A stretch of DNA of 64,000 bases from an uncultured Alphaproteobacteria bacterium (GTDB lineage Bacteria > Pseudomonadota > Alphaproteobacteria > HIMB59 > GCA-002718135): positions 4,808 through 68,807 of the forward strand of contig CACJGU010000002.1 of assembly GCA_902593125.1 (NCBI GenBank). Direction: 5' to 3'. Shown piece by piece: positions 40,103 through 45,368 of this stretch. A program made the position numbers and the translations under genes. Under the pieces are notes generated by a model. It was not told where the DNA came from. It saw nothing but the letters and a program-made list of their open reading frames with translations, and ran no database searches. The first letter of the stretch is position 1. Each line of letters begins with the position of its first letter.

Positions 40103-40612
40103 CTAAGCTGATTTATTAAAACCAAATTGTCTCTGAATTTCATCCATTGTCATTTCTTTTTTTATACTCGTATTAAAAGTTGATTCAATAGACTCCCAAA
40201 TACCATCTCTTGGTCGTTGAATGTGTGTTACATTGCTTACTGTTTTCCCTTTTTCGCTGGTCTTTTGTTTTACACGAATAAATGTTTTCGTATAAAATAA
40301 CTCCTCTGGATGTGGAATTTCTGAAAGAGATTTAATTGGGTCGTATTTTTCCTTACTTATTAAAGCTCTTGTAACTTTGACAATTTTACTCTTTGAGCTC
40401 TTCATTTTTGAATTATTACAAACAGCTACTGCAAACATTGGATTGTCTTCTTCGTCCAGTATTGGCTCATTTGTATTCAAATCAAGAATAGCAAATTTAA
40501 ATACCATTCTTTGTCCTAGAGGAAATCTTTCAAGGTCTAGACTAATTAAGACAGAAAAGTATTCTCCATCTGGTGTGTTATTACCGTAATGATTTAATTG
40601 AAATAATCGCAT
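40103..40612 (-). CDS. Hypothetical protein (169 aa), upstream partner of the nuclease
   Basis: ATG with GGAGAA upstream. Same strand as the nuclease gene and 31 nt upstream of it. No recognisable motif. Confidence 0.55.
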   Translation of the reverse strand: MRLFQLNHYGNNTPDGEYFSVLISLDLERFPLGQRMVFKFAILDLNTNEPILDEEDNPMFAVAVCNNSKMKSSKSKIVKVTRALISKEKYDPIKSLSEIPHPEELFYTKTFIRVKQKTSEKGKTVSNVTHIQRPRDGIWESIESTFNTSIKKEMTMDEIQRQFGFNKSA

Positions 40613-40821
40613 TGTTAAACGTTCTCCAAGTTGAGTTTGTATACTGATAATTATGAGAATAAATTAAAAGTAAGTCGCTTAACAAACTTTAGTTATATTT
40701 AATTATATATATCACATATTCTTAAAAACTATGAATGTTATTTATTATTTTTATTAAATATTTATTACCTGTGTACCTAGTGTTGTAGTTAATAATCTAT
40801 AAAGAAATAATATAAAAAGAT

Positions 40822-40927
40822 AATAAGGTAATAATGCATAAGGGTAATAAATAAGAAATTTAATAAGGTAAAATTTTAGTAATCTATAATGGTATAAATC
40901 TATTAATGTACTAAGGTAATAAGGTGG
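40822..40927 (+). repeat. Iteron-like array of TAAGGTAA(T)AA motifs
   Basis: Copies at 40824, 40839 (extra G), 40864, 40888 (TAATGGTATAA), 40912 and 40920. The GG cores at 40843, 40867, 40891 and 40915 are exactly 24 nt apart. An inverted copy TTATTACCT lies at 40762-40770. Confidence 0.7.
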
Positions 40928-41061
40928 TTCTTAGTGCCTGTTTTATATAGAATTTGGGCCGCCTTAACACCTTGTAAACATAGTATCTTGTGGAATTAAG
41001 CACCCTGCTCATGTTATAAAATAAGACATGCGAGAATTTGTAACATTATTAGGTCTTAATG

Positions 41062-41358
41062 TTATTCATAAACATCATTTTTAGAGTAATATAATTCATC
41101 GTTAATTATAAACTCTGGGTCATTATCTTCAAATCTCTCAACAAAAAGATTATCACACTCACAACATACATAGGTATAATTGTAATCTCTTTTATTTACT
41201 TTCTTTAAGTTAACCAATCTTCGAAACTCTTGTTCATCTGGATTTCTAAGATAGTGAGATTGACATTCTGGACAGTGTACACCTGAGTAATAGTCATAAT
41301 GTTCTTTGACGTGCTTTCGGGCTCTTAATTTTAGTTTTTGTTTTTGATAGTTGTGCAT
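41062..41358 (-). CDS. Small zinc-ribbon protein (98 aa), unknown function
   Basis: CPEC ... CCEC, with a basic N-terminus and an acidic C-terminus. No obvious RBS. Confidence 0.5.
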   Translation of the reverse strand: MHNYQKQKLKLRARKHVKEHYDYYSGVHCPECQSHYLRNPDEQEFRRLVNLKKVNKRDYNYTYVCCECDNLFVERFEDNDPEFIINDELYYSKNDVYE

Positions 41359-41520
41359 ATAAATTATTTTGCAATTACAATATTAAAAATGAATAATCAA
41401 GAAAAGCAAATCCTAATAATAATTGCCTCCTCATATTTAATAAAAATAAAAAATAATTAAATTTGTAGTTTCCACTGTAAACCAGATACTCAAGCACGTT
41501 GCGAGGTATATATATACCCT

Positions 41521-41589
41521 ACCCCCATAGGACCCCTGCACTACCCCTTTTGGAAACAACATTTTTTATTGTGTCACACTCTTGTCACA
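41521..41589 (+). promoter_or_regulatory. Module B tRNA-proximal arm: three 11-nt-phased ACCCC repeats plus a TGTCACA doublet
   Basis: ACCCC at 41521, 41532 and 41543. TGTCACA at 41572-41578 and 41583-41589. The core repeat starts at 41658. Confidence 0.6.
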
Positions 41590-41657
41590 ACAAGATTATA
41601 AATATAAAAAACTTTTAAAAAACTTAACAGACAAAAGAGAGAGTTTGTGGGGTTTAT

Positions 41658-41708
41658 TGGAGCGGGCGAAGGGATTCGAACCCTCGACTTCAACCTTGGC
41701 AAGGTTGC
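41658..41708 (-). repeat. Perfect copy of the 3' 51 nt of tRNA-Gly (att core)
   Basis: 51/51 identical to 42470-42520. Confidence 0.95.
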
Positions 41709-41775
41709 CATGTACAATTGAGATTAGGTATTTAAACAGTTTTCTGACTTTAATATGATTGTTTATATCTTGAAC

Positions 41776-41794
41776 TGTCGGAGAAGTGTCGGAG
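41776..41794 (+). promoter_or_regulatory. Arm doublet, TGTCGGA class (module A, tRNA-distal arm)
   Basis: TGTCGGAGAAGTGTCGGAG, copies 11 nt apart, 68 nt inside the core. Confidence 0.55.
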
Positions 41795-41803
41795 GAAAAT
41801 ATT

Positions 41804-42337
41804 TTATCTTGGATAACGAATTGGACAAATCGCAGTTGACCTTACAGTAATTGCTTTAGGTCCACCTACTTCATTATTATAAGTACAAACTTTCGTGAGC
41901 CCAGTAACGTTATGTGTGTGACTGATTGGACATATTGCAGTTGATCTAACTGTTAAAGCTGAAGGTCCTGACGGTCCATTATAATAACAAACTTTTGTAA
42001 GCCCTACATTTGTTGATAGGTTTGTTGTGTTTGAGTAGGTTGGTTGTTGACTCATTGCTGTTCCCATATTTATTAAAGCTTGATTTAATCTTTTTTTTCG
42101 AAGACCTGCTGCAATATAAGGTGAGCAGTCTATTCCTCTTCTTTGGATAGAATCCTCTCTATAGCCTTGATTGATATTATAATCTGGCAGAGCATAATAA
42201 CTAGTACATATTTTTTTTGCTGATTGTGAGTCATAATATCTAGCTGCTTCTTGTGGAGACATGCAAGATTGTAGAATTATTAAACTTACTAAAACCGTTA
42301 TGGTTTTTGAAATTATACTTAAAGAATAAAAATTCAT
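41804..42337 (-). CDS. Putative lipoprotein with a tandem internal Cys-containing repeat
   Basis: Signal peptide ending ILQSC (lipobox-like). Two about 30-aa units: GLTKVCYYNGPSGPSALTVRSTAICPI and GLTKVCTYNNEVGGPKAITVRSTAICPI. Confidence 0.65.
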   Translation of the reverse strand: MNFYSLSIISKTITVLVSLIILQSCMSPQEAARYYDSQSAKKICTSYYALPDYNINQGYREDSIQRRGIDCSPYIAAGLRKKRLNQALINMGTAMSQQPTYSNTTNLSTNVGLTKVCYYNGPSGPSALTVRSTAICPISHTHNVTGLTKVCTYNNEVGGPKAITVRSTAICPIRYPR

Positions 42338-42428
42338 TATTAGACAATATTTTATTATGAAAAATTGTTAAAACTTTAATTTAAGAAATGATCAAATATT
42401 GTGGAAATTAAAAAAGCTATACCGATAT

Positions 42429-42447
42429 TGTCGGAGAAATGTCGGAA
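42429..42447 (+). promoter_or_regulatory. Arm doublet, TGTCGGA class (module A, tRNA-proximal arm)
   Basis: TGTCGGAGAAATGTCGGAA, copies 11 nt apart, 23 nt from the tRNA 3' end. Confidence 0.55.
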
Positions 42448-42469
42448 AAATTAAGAAAATTATAATTTT

Positions 42470-42544
42470 TGGAGCGGGCGAAGGGATTCGAACCCTCGAC
42501 TTCAACCTTGGCAAGGTTGCGCTCTACCCCTGAGCTACGCCCGC
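42470..42544 (-). tRNA. tRNA-Gly (anticodon GCC)
   Basis: 75-nt cloverleaf on the minus strand: GCGGGCG acceptor, GCTC/GAGC D-stem, anticodon loop TTGCCAA, T-loop TTCGAAT, encoded CCA. Confidence 0.95.
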
Positions 42545-42597
42545 TTAATTTACACAATTACCATTTTGAATTTATAAGTCAATATTTGAGAAAATAT

Positions 42598-43416
42598 TCA
42601 TTCAAATCTTTTTCTATAAACAATATCAACAAGCAGCATATGAGGAAGGGTTAAAGCGGCAAGTCCAATGAAGATTACTTTTAATATTGACTCATATAAT
42701 GATAAATTTTGAACCAAATAGTAAACAATTGCTAGACCGCCTATCCAAGAAATTGCTGTAAAAATAAATGTAGTGTAAATAACAAATTTTTTATTTGTTA
42801 AATTTAAATAAATATTTTTAATCAAATGCTTAAGATGTTTATAAGTATGAAAAAAACAAAAATATATTGCAAAGCTTAGAAGTGGATCAAATATATAAAA
42901 AATAAACAAAAGAAAAAAAATTTCTATAATACCTTTGCGTAATTTTTTTTCAAAAAATGAAAGGTAAATAAAATATACTATAGATAGTAATGTGAATAAA
43001 TATGGGACAAAAAAATATTTTTGAATCAAATAAATTTTATCATTAGTCAAATATTCAAATATCATAAATGATTCATTTTCATTAAAAAATATAATTCCAA
43101 AGATAATAGTCATTCCATGAGTAAAACTTACAGAATACTTGTAATTATTTATTTTATAATTTGTCCAATCACATAATCCAAAGTGGATAATAGTCATTAT
43201 AATAAAAATAGTTAGGGTAATAATTGGAAGGTTTAACCAAAATATTATGACTAAGAAAAATAAGGTGAGATAATAAAATATAAATTTTGCAAATTGAATT
43301 TTGTTTCTAAAACCGACTAATGAAGCAACAGCGCCATCAAATGAACCATGTGGAAGACCAATAAAAAAAATTAGTAAAAAAGAAATGATATTTAAGGTTG
43401 TAAGTTCGGCTAACAT
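42598..43416 (-). CDS. blh: Beta-carotene 15,15'-dioxygenase (Brp/Blh family)
   Basis: Multi-TM protein with conserved His motifs (GLPHGSFDG, FFHTYKHL, LPHMLL). Last gene of the crt operon. Confidence 0.85.
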   Translation of the reverse strand: MLAELTTLNIISFLLIFFIGLPHGSFDGAVASLVGFRNKIQFAKFIFYYLTLFFLVIIFWLNLPIITLTIFIIMTIIHFGLCDWTNYKINNYKYSVSFTHGMTIIFGIIFFNENESFMIFEYLTNDKIYLIQKYFFVPYLFTLLSIVYFIYLSFFEKKLRKGIIEIFFLLFIFYIFDPLLSFAIYFCFFHTYKHLKHLIKNIYLNLTNKKFVIYTTFIFTAISWIGGLAIVYYLVQNLSLYESILKVIFIGLAALTLPHMLLVDIVYRKRFE

Positions 43417-43417
43417 A

Positions 43418-44500
43418 TTATTTAAAAACTTCTTTTAGGAATTGTAACTTAGGCATACTTTTAATAATTTTTAACTTAGTTAATAAATTAGACTCTCCCA
43501 TCATAAAACTTTGAAATTCATCACCATTTAAATTAGATGCAAGCTTAATAAAAGACTGGCCTTTTTCAGTATTATTTTTCAGAAAGTTAATAAATATTTT
43601 ATCCATTTTTCTTTCTAAAAATTTATGAATATTTACATAATTTTTTTTTGAGTTTTTCAAAAGTTGAATTTGTTTTATAAGAAAAGAAAAGGCATAACCA
43701 GTTGATGGTTTACAAGCCCCTCCTCTAATTCCAATATTGAAAATATTAGAATAAGGTGATTTTTTTTCTTCTGAAAAAAACATTGGTATTATTCCTCTTT
43801 CTGTTGCATTTTCTTCATATTCAATAATATTCTTTAGCTTTAGATAACGATTTATTTTTTCTCTATACCAGGAACTATGAAAAGTCTCTTTTGAAAATAC
43901 GGTCGATTCAACTAGGGCTTTGTTATGACTGAATGGTAGGACATATATAAAATGTAAAACATTATTTTCTTCTGTAAAATACATTAAAGTTAATTTTTTT
44001 TCGTCAAACGTATTGTCTGCTACTGTAATATTAATTCCAAAAAAATGTTGAATTAATTCACCTTTTTTTTCTTTTACTGATCTTGAATCATATATTTTTT
44101 CAGCATAATATTCTTTGTTATCAGCTGTAATTATTTTAAAATAATTTTTTAAAGGAAGATATTGAACAACTTTTTTATTTTTTATTTCTAATTTATTTTT
44201 AGTTTCTAAGCAGTATCTTTTCCAATTTTTAAAGCTGATAACGCAATAAGGCTTATTACTAACACTGTGTGTTACATTAGTGTTTTTATCTCCAATGTTC
44301 CATTTATACCATTTTTTTTCAATAATATTTTCAAAAGACCTCATCCAATCTGTTAACCAAAACCCAAAAAAATTATCTCTATTTTTTACATCACCATTTT
44401 CAAATGCAATTATTTCATAAGAGCTGTCACCGTAGAGAATTTTATTTACTGCTAGACCACTAGGGCCCAAACCAATTATTGCAGCTTTATAAATTTTCAT
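43418..44500 (-). CDS. crtY: Lycopene beta-cyclase
   Basis: N-terminal FAD motif IIGLGPSGLA. The size and its position between crtB and blh fit CrtY. Confidence 0.8.
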   Translation of the reverse strand: MKIYKAAIIGLGPSGLAVNKILYGDSSYEIIAFENGDVKNRDNFFGFWLTDWMRSFENIIEKKWYKWNIGDKNTNVTHSVSNKPYCVISFKNWKRYCLETKNKLEIKNKKVVQYLPLKNYFKIITADNKEYYAEKIYDSRSVKEKKGELIQHFFGINITVADNTFDEKKLTLMYFTEENNVLHFIYVLPFSHNKALVESTVFSKETFHSSWYREKINRYLKLKNIIEYEENATERGIIPMFFSEEKKSPYSNIFNIGIRGGACKPSTGYAFSFLIKQIQLLKNSKKNYVNIHKFLERKMDKIFINFLKNNTEKGQSFIKLASNLNGDEFQSFMMGESNLLTKLKIIKSMPKLQFLKEVFK

Positions 44501-45368
44501 TTGGAAAACTGTTTCTTATTTTTTGATATTTATAATTTATTAAGGGAATAAAAATAAAAATTGAAATTGATTTTATTGTAATTACAATTTTTTCAAATGT
44601 GTTTAAATATACTCTGTCTTTATTATATTTTTTTTTCTTTAATCTTATCTTGATACCAATACCCCTATAAACATTAGCTGCTATAAATATTCCAAGTCTT
44701 GTAGATAGCGGTATGTATTTTAAACCAGCAAATCCATTTTCATAAAATTTTTCTGATAAGCTTATTACTTTTTCAATTGCATTTAATATTTTTGTATTTT
44801 TTTCTGAGCTTAATTTCTCAAAATTATTTAGGTTATCGAGTGATATATCAGGTATCCAATTAGCAGGTAAATAAATTCTTTTCATTTTTGAATCTTCATA
44901 GACATCACGTGCTATATTTGTTAGCTGCATTCCAATACCTAAATCTATTGCGGATTGTGCTGCTTTTTCACTTTTTACTCCTATAATTTTAGACATCATT
45001 AATCCAACAGTTCCAGCAACATGATAAGAATATATGATAAGCTCTTGTTTATTTTTAATTTTAATATTTCTCTGATCTAAAATTAACCCCTCAATTAAAT
45101 CAATAAAAATTAAATTATTTATTTTGTTTTTTTGCAGAAAAATATTTACCTTATGATTTTTATTACTCTTAATTTCTTCTATTGAGTCTTTAAGAAAACT
45201 AGTTTTATCTTTATCGTTTTTATCAGCAATATCATCAAAATATCTACAAATTGAATAAAGAATACCTGCGTTTTTTTTCGAACTTTTTGGTAAAAAAAAA
45301 CTAGCCCAATAAAAACTTTTACCTTCTTTTTTTAAGGCAGTTGTTGAATTGAGCTCTAAATTGATCAT
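44487..45368 (-). CDS. crtB: Phytoene synthase
   Basis: SFYWASFFLP, Asp-rich motifs YFDDIAD and ARDVYED. Confidence 0.9.
   Translation of the reverse strand: MINLELNSTTALKKEGKSFYWASFFLPKSSKKNAGILYSICRYFDDIADKNDKDKTSFLKDSIEEIKSNKNHKVNIFLQKNKINNLIFIDLIEGLILDQRNIKIKNKQELIIYSYHVAGTVGLMMSKIIGVKSEKAAQSAIDLGIGMQLTNIARDVYEDSKMKRIYLPANWIPDISLDNLNNFEKLSSEKNTKILNAIEKVISLSEKFYENGFAGLKYIPLSTRLGIFIAANVYRGIGIKIRLKKKKYNKDRVYLNTFEKIVITIKSISIFIFIPLINYKYQKIRNSFPNENL

Larger units (their letters stand above)
32297..41708 (-). mobile_element. Integration module B: 9.3-kb integrase-bearing island with a Type III R-M pair and an orphan gene block
   Basis: Bounded by perfect repeats 32297-32346 and 41658-41708. 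Tyrosine integrase sits at one end and TGTCACA doublets on both arms. Confidence 0.85.
41658..42520 (-). mobile_element. Integration module A: 761-bp recombinase-less cassette next to the intact tRNA (cargo: lipoprotein)
   Basis: Bounded by repeat 41658-41708 and the tRNA 3' half (42470-42520). TGTCGGA doublets on both arms. Confidence 0.7.

Noticed and set aside
29705-42520. Five copies of an identical about 51-nt sequence could superficially suggest a CRISPR-like or other repeat array.
   Set aside because: Spacing is 0.8-9.4 kb rather than tens of nt. The repeat is exactly the 3' half of the adjacent tRNA-Gly, and no cas genes are present. It is interpreted as att sites.
42469-42654. A 61-aa ORF on the + strand in the ORF track.
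   Set aside because: It is the antisense reading of tRNA-Gly and the blh 3' end, so it is a spurious frame.
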